A DNA stretch of 64,000 nt, taken from contig OX597843.1 in the NCBI GenBank assembly GCA_951406725.2, positions 6,448,001 through 6,512,000 of the forward strand, in the 5' to 3' direction. Source of the DNA: Octopus vulgaris. Lineage: Eukaryota. Shown here one piece after another: positions 40,204 through 52,185 of the stretch. The notes beneath the pieces are model-generated. The model saw only the letters and a program-made list of their open reading frames with translations. It ran no database searches and was not told the origin of the DNA. Numbering within the stretch: the stretch's first letter is position 1; every line of letters begins with the position of its first letter. The translations under genes and the position numbers were made by a program.

Positions 40204-40323
40204 AGGGGAAGTTGGATGACTATGAGAGCCAGCTGAAGGTGTCTGAGGATACTCAGACCATGTACCTTGACCAGATAGATGAACTGACCCACAAGTTGAC
40301 CCAGGCAGAGAACAAAATTACAT
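40204..40323 (+). pseudogene. Inverted partial duplicate of exon H inside the D-E intron
   Basis: Plus strand reads AG GGG AAG TTG GAT GAC...AAA ATT ACA T, matching the acceptor AG plus the first 118 nt of exon H with 5 mismatches. Confidence 0.95.
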
Positions 40324-40349
40324 AAGCCTCAACCCTAATCTTCACCAAT

Positions 40350-40595
40350 GCAATCTGCCTTGGGGGGCCCTACCAGAAACCGAAGTCTCCAATGGCATAG
40401 TTCTGACACCCCCGTTTCACCCCCTTACCGCGATGAGGAGGGGTTGGACTTTCATGTCTACGGCATTCGCCGCTGGAATAAGGAGCGGTTGGAGGTCCCA
40501 CGGTCGTTAGCCTCAAATTATCAGGTCTGGTCAGCGTTTGTAAGAGATGCCAGCTCAGCCCACCCCGGGTGAATGCTGTCTCAAGACAATAAGCA
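40350..40595 (+). mobile_element. Probable RTE-clade-derived non-autonomous retroelement
   Basis: The start (ctgccttgggggg.cctaccag..gtctcc.atggcatag) and end (gcccaccccgggtgaatgc..caag) resemble RTE 5' and 3' ends as I recall them; not searched. Confidence 0.5.
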
Positions 40596-41174
40596 GAAGC
40601 ATGGTCAAAGGGCATTAAATGATGAAGATTACTCTGACTAATACAGAATGTGATTTTTATTTATAGAATGACATTGTAGGGTGGGTGTGAGAAGCTGGAT
40701 CTGGCCAGTTTCAACATAGAACAAGTATTGGGGGTGTGTGTAAAACTGGTTTAAATGCTAATGAATTGACAAAGGGTGAAGGGTCAATTAAAATCTGGAC
40801 CATGGAAAAGTAGCTTCAACTGACCCCTGTGATGTTACAGGGACCAGTTTTGTCATGAGGGCTCAAAACATCTCATAGTACAAGACATAACAGGAGATTT
40901 GTAAACCTATTCCACCCATCTCTAATATTGGTATTGCTCAATGCAGGGTAGATTTTGCTGTCCACTGCTCTCCTCCTCAACACCAGGCCACCTCAGATGT
41001 TACGTTTCGGAGACTTCTGCAACTTAAACATCTGTTCCAGAGATCCTTCAACCTCTCAATCCAACACATCTATATCTGAAGTGTGGAGGCGCAATGGCCC
41101 GGGCCTTTGGGCCACAGCCCTTCCTACTGATCGCCACTAAGGTAGACAAGATATACAAAGGGTCAGACACTCAC

Positions 41175-41273
41175 CTGGTCCACTTTTGCGGCGGCCCTTG
41201 CCACCTCAGATCTTTCCAGTTCTCGTTCCCGCAACAATTGCTCAATGTGCTCCTCTTTCTCTTTTAAGGCTTT
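41175..41273 (-). CDS. CLIP1: CLIP1-like exon D (KALKEKEEHIEQLLRERELERSEVARAAAKVDQ)
   Basis: ctttgtag|AAA...CAG|GTGAGT, 99 nt. Matches the CLIP family coiled-coil start ALKEK..HIEQLL.ER.LER.EVA. Confidence 0.93.
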
Positions 41274-41489
41274 CTACAAAGACAAATATTAGAAAGGTTA
41301 GGGGTGGACATATGGGGGGACACTGCAAGGGAAGGAGGGCGGAAGAAATCACAACAAGGTACTTGGGCGAACCAGTTGAAGAAGACAGGGCTCGTAACAA
41401 TGGGGTAACACCATGCACTGGTTAACAACAAGGGAGAGGTAATAAAGAGGGCATGATTGGAGAAGGGCTACACTGGGTTAATATCTGAA

Positions 41490-41800
41490 GATGGGTAACA
41501 GTTGGGGAGGGTTAACGGCTGGGGAGGGTCGACAGCTGGGAGGGTCAACGGCTGGGGAGGGTTAATGGTTGGGGAGGGGTAACGGCTGGGGAGGGTCAAC
41601 GGCTGGGGGAGGGTTAACGGCTGGGAGGGTCAACGGCCGGGGAGGGTTAACGGCTGGGGGAGGGTCAATGGCTGAGAGGGTTAACGGCTGGGAGGGTCAA
41701 CGACTGGGGGAGGGTCAATGGCTGGGGAAGGTCAACGACTGGGGAGGGGTAACGGTTGGGGAGGGGTAACGGTTGGGGAGGGGAAACGGCTGGGGAGGGG
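41490..41800. repeat. G-rich 16-17-bp minisatellite
   Basis: (ggttaacggctggggag)n, about 18 copies. Confidence 0.9.
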
Positions 41801-42589
41801 AAAAATCTGGGGTAAAAACTGGAGAGAAGCAATATTAAGATAAGTAGAGTGTGTGTGTGTGTGGGGGGACGGGTTGATTTATATTGCTGAAAGAGCTGGG
41901 AATGGGAAAATATTGGGGAAACAAATGGAGGCAAAATTCTGGCAAGGTCGACTTTACCCTTCATCCTTTCAGAAATTGATGAAATACAATTCAAGTACTG
42001 GGGTTGATGTAACAGACGAGTCCCTTCCCACAGAATCCCAGGCCTTGTGCCCAGAGTAGAAAGGAACGTTATTATCTTTAGAAGAGGTGAGACACTCACT
42101 GACAGTCTTCCTCAAAAACTGTGCTAAAATTAATAATAATGATAATAATTATTATTATTATTATTGAGTGAGAGAGCAGTGCATGCCATCAAAGTGACAC
42201 TGGGGTAAAATATACGAAGCCCAGTATACCCATCATGACTACCCATCTGATAAGGGTACACCAGGCACATGCATCACAACGATATGTGCGCGATATTGTG
42301 ATCTCATATCAAGATAAACAGCACATGACCTTGTAGGTGGGGCCCAGTTAGAATTTTCTTCTGGTCGAGTAAGCCCATCCCGCTCAAAAGGTCCCTGAAT
42401 AAGGATTGTTTAAGGATGTTGAAAGAACCACCCATGTTTCCAGAGGTGAACTATTCAAACCCCAAATAATTCTTTTCAACACATGGCTATGATGCTCCCC
42501 CACTACTTCTGCTCATGATCAGAGATGCACATATCGTCAGCCACTAAGGGACATGCTCAACTGGTTATGGTCAAACAACTGACAAGCAA

Positions 42590-42633
<44 letters not shown>

Positions 42634-43121
42634 GGTGGTGAGCTGGCAGAGTTGTTAGCACACTGGACGAAATGTTTAGCAGTATTTCACCTGTAGCTAC
42701 GTTCTGAGTTCAAATTCCGCCGAGGTTGACTTTACCTTTCATCCTATTGGGACCAGTAAAATAAGCACCAATGAAACGCTGGGGTCGATGTAATCGACTA
42801 GCCCCTTCCCCCAAAATTTCAGGCCTTGTGCCTGTAGTAAAAGGATCATTATTATTATTATTATTATCATTATTATTATTATTAAACAGATATGATTAAT
42901 TAGGGTTTCAAATTTTGCCACAGGGCCAGCAAGCTTGGGGGAAAGGAGGGGTGTCGGTAACTTCAACCCCAGTGCTTAACTGGTACTTATTTTATCGATC
43001 CTAAAAGGGTGAAGGGCAAAGCTGACCTCGGCGGAATTTGAACTCAGAATGTCAAGATGGATGAAATACCACTAAGCACGTTGACCAGCGTGCTAATGAT
43101 TCTGCCAGCTTCCTGCCCTAA

Positions 43122-43159
<38 letters not shown>

Positions 43160-43168
43160 ATAATAATA

Positions 43169-43218
<50 letters not shown>

Positions 43219-44494
43219 AATAATAATACTCCATTCTGCTAAAGGAACAAGGCCTGAAAGTTTGCGGGAGGGGACCAGTCCATTACATCAACCCCAGTGT
43301 TTCTTAATTTATCGACCTTAAAAGGGTGAAAGTGAAAGTTGACCTTGGCAGAATTTGAACTCAGAATGTAAGGACAGACAGAATGTCACAAAGTCTGCCA
43401 GCTTGCCACCCTAACAACAACAACAATAATAATAACAACAATCCTTTCTAATGGAAGCACAAGGCCTACAATTTGTGGGACGGAGACAAATTGATCACAT
43501 CGACCCCAGTGCGTAACTGGTACTTAATTTATTGACCCCGAAAAGATGAAAGGCAAAGTTGACCCCAGCAGAGCTGACTTGCCTTTCATCCTTTCGGGAT
43601 AATAATAATAATAATAATGATAAAAACAACAACAAGAACAATAACAGGTAACATCCAACAAGAACATTTGTTTTTAATAAGAAAGACCTTCATTAGGGAT
43701 CCTAATATTAATTAACTCGTTAGTAAATAAATTTGGCAACAATAACAAATCAACTGAAACACTTGAAATGGAAGAAATAAGACCCTCCCCACCAAAGAAC
43801 ATTCTGGAAGTCAATTCTGTTAGAACATAAGTAACCTTGTACTAGGGTCCACTCAACATTGTCCAGGGTCGAGGACCGAGCCCAAATTCACTCCATCGTG
43901 TTCTGACCCCCACACAGATGCACCATCAGAAAGGAGACAACGGTACCTTAATGGTGGAGACAGCTTGCACAAACACTGCAGAGGGGGCAACATGGATATT
44001 CCTGAACCTTTGGTTAGGGTTAGGGTCAGAGTTAGGGTTCTAAAGCCTTTCTGAATTAATGGCTTTCCTACCGCAGTTCTACATACACAATGACACAATG
44101 CCTGAAAAAGGTACAGGATGGTCACAGCTGGAGCATCAGTGATCTCAGGCCAACTCAATGAAGACTGACCCGGGGCTAAACAACAATAAATTTCCCCCCC
44201 ACGTTAGACCCTTCTCCATCATCAAAGACAACAACAGTTTGTTAGTGGAAACAACTATTCCGATGGAGATGTTGTGGGTTACAGACGGTCTACAAGCTAC
44301 AGTTAGTTGGCATTGGGGGTCACGAAACAAGTGTTAATGTACATGGAAAAAGGGGGTTAACTTTAGGGACTGGAAAAGGTCTAACCTGGGGTTTTCCCGA
44401 CACCTGTTTTGGAAAAATAAATGTAAGTCTTTAGATTATAATTTATCCTAGCTAATTTACAGTGTATTAGATATATATATATATATATATCTAA

Positions 44495-45160
44495 TGTGTA
44501 GTAGCTAACTCTGAAATTGGTCCGATATGGTAATAATGGAACATTTTAGAAATTTGTGTCAACCTTTATTCGAGTAGCGTGCGTATTGTGAAAAAATTAT
44601 ATGGTGAATGGACAATATGTCCAATTTTTCGGCATATTTGGCATTAGAAATTTTTTCCTTTGCCCTCATTTATGAATTGTTTATAAATTTAACCGTTAAA
44701 GGTATTTTTTAATATGCTGGCCATTGATAAAATTTTTTTGAGAAAATATTTTATCCTCACATTAGATATAAATTTAAGCGTTCACTTCCGAACTATCTCA
44801 CTCTGTGAGAGCCTCAGTTCAAATCGCACGTGCCTCGAATGGGCTGGAGTATTTCTATTTTGGATGTATTTGGGGTACTTAGTTGTGCCCATGACTTAGT
44901 ATTTGCTTCTTCCAAGGGTATGAGTAAGTATCTCATTTATTTCTTTTTGCCACATGTATCACTGACGAAGAGGGGGCTCTTAGTAGCTAACTCTGAAATC
45001 GGTCCGATATGGCAATAATGGAATTTTTTAGAAATTTCTGTCAACCTTTTTTCGAGTAGCGTGCGTATTGTGAAAAAATTATATGGTTAATGGACAATAT
45101 GTCCAATTTTTCGGCAAATTTGGCATTAGAAATTTTTTTCCTTGCCCTCATTTATGAATT
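44495..45160 (+). mobile_element. Penelope-like remnant with ~180-bp direct repeat and degenerate hammerhead motif
   Basis: 44500-44680 recurs at 44982-45160; CTGACGA-AGAG..CTCT-GAAA at 44962-44998; flanked by (TA)n. Confidence 0.45.
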
Positions 45161-45420
45161 ATATATACATATATATAAATTAGAAAAAAAATACCATTTA
45201 GAAATACCATTTATACCATTTAGAAAAATTACATATTATAGAAAGATTAAATATAAGATAAAACATATAACAATGATATATAACAAAGTGCAGAAATAAT
45301 AAATAAAACGTATATATTTGGTTTTTAATCTAACTATATTTATAATTAAATTTATATTTAATTTTTCTAAATGGTATAATTTAATTTTTCATTATTGAAT
45401 TGATAAAAAGTGGGGTTTTT

Positions 45421-45532
<112 letters not shown>

Positions 45533-45601
45533 TATATTTTGTGAAATTTCATTTAGTATTTCTAAATTGAATTTTTCCCTGGAAGTTTGGAATAATATTC
45601 C

Positions 45602-45645
<44 letters not shown>

Positions 45646-47242
45646 TATATATGTAAGCAAACTTAAGGTTAGTTAAAGTAAGTTTGTGACATATTTCAAC
45701 TCCTAAAGGCAAATTCACTGCAGTTGCCATGGAGGAAAAAGAGCTCATCCATTTCCACATGTAAAAAGAAAGCATGGCCATGTGGTAAGAAGCTTGCTTC
45801 TGAACCACATGGTTCTGTGTTCAGTCCCACTGTGTGGCACCTTGGGCAAGTGTCTTCAACTACAGCCTCGGGCCGACCAAAGCTTTGCAAGTGGTTTTGG
45901 TAGATGGAAACTAAGAGAAGCCCATCGTATATATATATTTTGTGTGTGTGTGTGTGTGATTGTCCCTCACCACTGCTTGACAACCAGTGTTAGTGTGTTT
46001 ATGTCCCTGTAACTTAGCAGTTCGGCAAAAGACACTGACAGAGTAAGAACCAAGGTTAACAGAAATAAATACTGAGACCGATTCGTTCAACTAAAATTCT
46101 TCAACGCATTGCTACAGCATGGCCACAGCCCAATGACTGAAACAAGTAAAACAATGATAAACATGGTGAGATCTAATCCAGTCTGCTATCAAATCCACGT
46201 CCAGGATGACGGCATCTGCTGAGGATTATCTGGGATTAAAGGTATCAGAGTATGGCATACATACATTTTGAAATGTTTTTTTCTGGTTTTAAATCTTTCA
46301 TCTCTGACGATGAAATTAATTAGCCTGGATAATTAAAATCATAATCTTATTAGTAGTAACACATCTCAGACATTTAATTAACAGAATTAATTACAAAGCT
46401 TCAATCCATGCAGGGATTTTGCAAAGGGATTCACAGAAGGTTTAAAAAAAAAAAATAAGGCTTAAGGGTCAACGACAACAACTATGCAAATATCAGAAAT
46501 AACAACAACAACTATGCAAATATCAGAAATAATAAATAATAAAGGCACAGGAGAGGCTGTGTGGTAAGTAACTTGCTTCTGAACCACATGGTTCCGGGTT
46601 CAGTCCCACTGCGTGGCACCTTGGGCAAGTGTCTTCTGCTATAGCCCCGGGCCAACCAAAGCCTTGTGAGTGGATTTGGTAGACGGAAACTGAAAGAAGC
46701 CCGTCGTATATATGTATATATATGTATATGTGTGTATGCTTGTGTTTGTTCCCCCAATATCGCTTGACAACCGATGCTGGTGTGTTTACGTCCCCGTAAC
46801 TTAGCGGTTCGGCAAAAGAGACCGATAGAATAAGTACTAGGCTTACAAAGAATAAGTCCTGGGGGTTGATTTGATTCGACTGAAGGCGGTGCTCCAGCAT
46901 GGCCGCAGCCAAATGACTGAAACAAGTACAAGAATAACCAGTAACCCCCCACCACGTTTTCCCCTCTATTTCTCACAGAAGAAGTTGACTGGGAGTTGCA
47001 ATTTATTTTTAAAATAACCGTCTTCAGTTTAGTGGTTCGTGCTTATTCCTGTCTTTGGTCAAGAAGAAGCTCAGATCAAGTGAAATTGTAGTTGTGGCCG
47101 ACGCCGGGGTCACGTAACTGGCACCTATGCTGGTGGCACATAGAAAAAACCATACATGACACTCTTGGAGTGGTTGGCATTAAGAAGGGCATCCAGCCTG
47201 CCAAATGAGACAGCCTCCCAGTGTCAGTCAAATTGTCTAACC

Positions 47243-47446
47243 CAGTGGTTTTTTTCAACCAGGGTTCCGTCAGTACAGTCCAAGGGTTCCACAAGAAGTT
47301 ACAAAACTGCTAAAATCGTCAGTAATTTTTAATTCTCCTGTGCAGATATGTGTGCATAAGACTATTAAATTATTGCACAGGGGTTCCTCGAGCCAGTGGA
47401 ATGTTTCCTTGGGGTTCCACTCCAGCAAAAAGTTTGAAAAGCACTG
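47243..47446. mobile_element. hAT-type MITE
   Basis: CAGTG...CACTG ends with 8-bp TSD GTCTAACC, inserted into a SINE-like repeat. Confidence 0.8.
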
Positions 47447-47539
47447 GTCTAACCCATGCCAGCATGGAAAGCAGATGCTAAATAATGGGGGTGATATGGT
47501 TGAGAGAATATGATTGCCAATACAAGTGACCAAAATAGG

Positions 47540-47800
47540 GTCTCTTTGAAGGATCTCTAGAATGAAGTTGATATGACAGGGTGCACGGCTTGGAGATCAG
47601 AGAGTCTCTGGGTGAAGCCGGCTACTTCCCCTGCATTGAGAGCTCATGGTTCAGGTACAACGGACACGTGATTAAAATGTCACAGGAAAGAACTGCAAAA
47701 GGGATTCTTCAAGCTGAGCGAAATCCCAAGAGATTCAGGGGTAGACTGAGAAGGGGATGGTTGGATGATATCCATTGCCTCTGTTGGTCTTGTTTGTGAA
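47540..47800 (+). pseudogene. Decayed LINE ORF C-terminal fragment
   Basis: WFRYNGHVIKM..RTAK..KRFRGRLRRGWLDDI matches the RT C-terminal pattern GHV.RM...KR.RGRP...W.D. Confidence 0.65.
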
Positions 47801-47970
47801 TCCAGAACTGGGGTTGTCTTCCTCAGCTAAAAACCCTTCAGGGTCCTGCTCCAGCATGGCCACAGTCTAACGACTGAAACAAAGTGCTCCTGTGCCAAAG
47901 CAACAGAGAGAGAGAGAGAGAGAGAGGAAGGTGGGGGGTGGGATGAGGAAAATGAGAAAGCTGTACAGAC

Positions 47971-48030
47971 CTGTAGTGCTGAGGTGGTGGCTGATATGTT
48001 TAACGTTCCAGGTCTCTGTCCTTGCTTGTG
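47971..48030 (-). CDS. CLIP1: CLIP1-like exon C (HKQGQRPGTLNISATTSALQ)
   Basis: gtgcag|CAC...CAG|GTCTGT, 60 nt, phase 0-0. ISATTSALQ resembles the vertebrate CLIP1 ISGTTALQ segment as I recall it. Confidence 0.85.
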
Positions 48031-48179
48031 CTGCACGGGAGGAGGAATTGGAAAGAGAAGAAGACATTGAGAATATACAAATATATATATATATATATAG
48101 GGATTAGGGGGGGGGGGAGAAAAGGGATTTAGGGAATTATTATCTGATGATGAAGGGAAATATATGGCAGAAGACCAGT

Positions 48180-48730
48180 GATGACATGATAGATGACTGA
48201 CAGAAGACAGATGGATGATGACAAACGACAGATGGATGATGACAGATGACAAATAGATGACAGATGGATAAGAGATGTCAGATTGATGACTGACAGAAGA
48301 CAGATGGATGACGAGATGTCAGATAGATGACCGACAGAAGACAGACGACAAATGGCTGATGACAGATGACAAATGGATAATGACAGATGACAAATGGATG
48401 ATGACAGATGACAAATGGGGGATGACAGATGAATGACAGATGACAAATGGAGGATGACAGATGACAAATGGAAGATGACAGACGACATATGGATGATGAC
48501 AGATGACATGGATGATGACAGATGACAAATGGGGGATGACAGATGACAAATGGAGGATGACAGATGACAAATGGATGATGACAGATGACAAATGGGGGAT
48601 GACAGATGATAAATGGATGATGACAGATGACAAATGGATGTCAGATGGATGACTGACAGAAGATAACAGATGACAGGTGACTGACAAAATGACAAGTGAC
48701 AGACAGAGGATGACTAACGACTGAGAAAGG
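48180..48730. repeat. (gatgacagatgacaaatg..)n minisatellite
   Basis: ~21-bp degenerate unit filling most of the B-C intron. Confidence 0.9.
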
Positions 48731-48786
48731 ATGACAAACGACATGAGAGGAGAATCAAGAAGAGAGAAAGGTGTGTGTCTATGTAC

Positions 48787-49012
48787 CTGGCTGCTTAAAG
48801 CTGTCACCCCTAGTCTCACTCGACTCCGCGACACACTTGAGGCTGTGGAGCTGATGGAGCTGACTGACTCCTGACTGCCGCTGCGTTCCCGGGACATACG
48901 AAGGCTGGTGCTACCCAGCGTCCTTGGGCTTGGGGTGGACACGCCACCCACCAAGCGGGTCACCTTGTGCACCGGAGCAAACAGCCCATACTGGGGCTTG
49001 CACTCAAAATAT
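48787..49012 (-). CDS. CLIP1: CLIP1-like exon B (end of CAP-Gly 2, Ser-rich region)
   Basis: tctttcag|A completes Arg, then YFECKPQYGLFAPVHKV...SSISSTASSVSRSRVRLGVTALSSQ. Donor CAG|GTACAT; phase 2 to 0 fits exon A. Confidence 0.93.
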
Positions 49013-49599
49013 CTGAAAGAAAGAAAAAAGATATAAAAATCACTGAATGATGCAGGGTGGGAGGGGATTGTAATAAGGGTGGGTGGGTAGACTGGGTAGA
49101 AGTGGCATGGGGGTGGGTGAGACAGGTGGTAGTGAGAGGGTGGTGGGGAGAAAAGGGTAACTCAGAAGAGATGGGTTAGGGTGGAAGGGTGGGTAGACTT
49201 GAGAGAACAGGGTGGGTAGGGTGAACAGATTGGCAATGGTGACAGCATTGTGTGGGTGTGTTAGGGGTGGATAACCTGGTGGTGGTGGCAGCATGGGGTA
49301 GGTGGGTGGCCTGCATAGAAGTGGCATGGGGTAGGGGGAAGACAGAAGGATGGCTTTGATAAAAAAGGTGGGTATCATGGCTATCAATGATCAGACTGTA
49401 GGTTTGATGGAATAGGGGTAGGCAATGATACCTGGGTAGCTGGGCATACTGGTTGGTAGAGAGAGAGGTTAGACAGAAACTCTAGAAGTGACACCTAGTG
49501 GCTAGACAGAATAGTAATGACCAAGCAGGGCAGATGAATGATACTGAGAAAAGGGTAGGTGAAAGGGGTGGGAGAAAGAAAATGTAGCTAGGCTTTTTT

Positions 49600-50095
49600 T
49601 AACCCCAGGTCATAGATACACTATGTCTTTTAGTCAGACATAGTCTATCTAGGACTACATTATCTAATGTGCCTTTCCTTACTGTTGTTGTTTAGCCCCA
49701 GGTCAGTCCTGATCCAGCAGACCAATGATCAAAGATGTTCCAGCTGTGACCATCCTGTCTTTTATTCAGGCATAGTGTATCTAGGACTACATTATCTAAT
49801 GTGCCTTTCTTTGTTGTTGTTGTTGTTGTTTAGCCCCAGGTCAGTCCTGATCCAGCAGACCTATGATCAAAGATATTCCAGCCTTGACCATCCTGTCTTT
49901 TATTCAGACACAGGGTATCTAGGACTACATTATCTAATGTGCCTTTCCTTACTGTTGCTGTTTAGCCCCAGGTCAGTCCTGATCCAGCAGATCTATGATG
50001 AAAGATGTTCCAGCTGTGACCATCCTGTCTTTTATTCAGGCATAGTGTATCTAGGACTACATTATCTGATGTATCCTTCCTGTCCTGATCCAGCA
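49600..50095 (-). repeat. Same ~120-bp satellite, inverted (~4 units)
   Basis: Reverse complement of the 36246 unit. Confidence 0.9.
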
Positions 50096-50386
50096 GGCCA
50101 AAGCAATGAAGGGTACAAATACAAACCTTAGGCAAGTGTCTTCTATAGCTCCACCTACAAAATCTATAGGCAATGCTTTAGTTGGAGCTATAGGAGAGGA
50201 GACACTTGCCTAAGGTGTCACACAGTGGAACAGAACCTGCAAGCTCCTTACCATACAGCCATGGCTGCACCTTGAACCCAGAACCATGCAGTTGGGAAGC
50301 AAGCTCCTTACCACACAGCCACACCTGCACTTGTTTGTATTTTTCTACATATAATAAATAAATATATATATATATATATATATATA

Positions 50387-50674
50387 TCTTTATATATAAA
50401 AGTGAAATTGTGTGTCTGTCTCTCACGATTTAGATTCCTAACTACTCCCACATTTTACGGTGCAGTTTAACCAAAACCGGGTATCTTATAGTCGTGATTC
50501 ATATCGAGCCCTTCTGGGTATTAGCGCGCGTCTACGATTTAAAAAAAAATTTACCATAATTTTTTTCCATTTTTAATGCATTTTTTTGCTATTATATAAG
50601 GGAAGTAACTCTCTAAAAATGCTTATATAGTTATTTCCCTTACAAACCCGAGCAACGCCGGGCGATACTGCTAG
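50387..50674 (+). mobile_element. Helitron-like element, short variant
   Basis: Same TC...CTAG termini, hairpin and body. Confidence 0.8.
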
Positions 50675-51450
50675 TATATATATATAACGGGAAGCTTTAT
50701 GAAAATAAACAAAAGACGAAGGCAGGTATATATATATATATATAGATATATAGTTTTTTTTCCTTCTCTTTTCTTAGAAGCATGTTCTTCATAACTTATG
50801 TGTAATATTTCAGAAACCTACTCAAATGGCAAACATTTCAAAGGAAAAACCAGATTGGGTTACCAGCTGCTAATGATCGGAAACGTTATAAGTGGAAATA
50901 CTAGAATTATGAGTTTTTCGCTTTTTGCATCTATTAAAAAAATACTCTGTACTCGTTTATTTAATATTGTAATTCATCGCTTTTAGTGAATCAACAGAGA
51001 ACCATCCTTTCCTTCATTCTTTTTCTTGTTTCAGTCATTTGACTGCGGCCATGCTGGAGCACTGCCTTATGATCGGAGAAATTGACCCTGGGACTTATTC
51101 TCTGTAAGCCTGGTATGGATTCTATTGGTCTCTTTTGAAGAATAAAGTTGTCAAGTGAGGGTGGGTGGGACAAACACAAACACATCATCATCATCATCAT
51201 CATCGTTTAACGTCCGTTCTCCATGCTAGCATGGGTTGGACGGTTCAACTGGGGCCTGGGAAGCCAGGAGGCTGCACCAGGTTCCAGTCTGATCTGGCAG
51301 TGTTTCTACAGCTGGATGCCCTTCCTAACGCCAACCACTCCGTGAGTGTAGTGGGTGCTTTTTACATGCCAGGGGAGGCCTGCATGGTGTGTGTGTGTAT
51401 ATATATACACCTGATGGGCTTCTTCCAGGGTAGGCTGGCAGGTGTGTGTT

Positions 51451-51492
<42 letters not shown>

Positions 51493-52151
51493 CACCTGAT
51501 GGGCTTCTTTCAGTTTCCATCTACCAGATCCACTCACAAGGCTTTGGTCGGCCCAAAGCTATAGTAGAAGACACTTACCCAAGGTGCCACGCAGTGGGAC
51601 TGAACCCGGAACCATGTGGTTGGTAAGCAAGCTTCTTCCCACACTGTCATGCCTGCCTACACAAACACACACAATCTTAACAACAAAAAGAAGAATTAAA
51701 AGCGCTGAAGATATCTTTCTCCCGTGTATTAATAGACGGGTATAAAAAGGGTCTTTGAGCTTTCCTAAGGTAACGATACGATACGAAACACCACATGCAA
51801 CCTCGCCTCCTTCCCTTTCTATTCTTCCTCTTGTCTAGCGCTGAGAGCCAATTTCAGTCTCTGAGAGACAGACACATCGACTCCAAGCGCCAGACAAAAC
51901 AGATTAAAACATAGAGAAGGATTTCATTTCATTTCTTCTGCAAAATTCAAAGAACTTTTACACCTGTTTTCGTCTATAGATATGTATATATATAAAGAAC
52001 TGATACCTTTGCTATTTGAAACTAATTCTTTGTTTTATTGTTATTATCATTATTATTACTACTACCACCATTACTGCTATTATTATTACTATTATTATCA
52101 TCATTATTTTTATTACTATTTCTGTTGCCATTTTTGTTATTATTATCATCA

Positions 52152-52184
<33 letters not shown>

Positions 52185-52185
<1 letters not shown>

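Noticed and set aside
40925-41000. Short matches to exon D (ttgctcaatg, gccacctcagat)
   Set aside because: Only 10-12 nt each, in the wrong order, no open frame; cannot be separated from chance.
46512-46976. Recurrent ORFs such as LPKVPRSGTEPGTMW and FDCGHAGAPP
   Set aside because: Antisense translations of SINE A.
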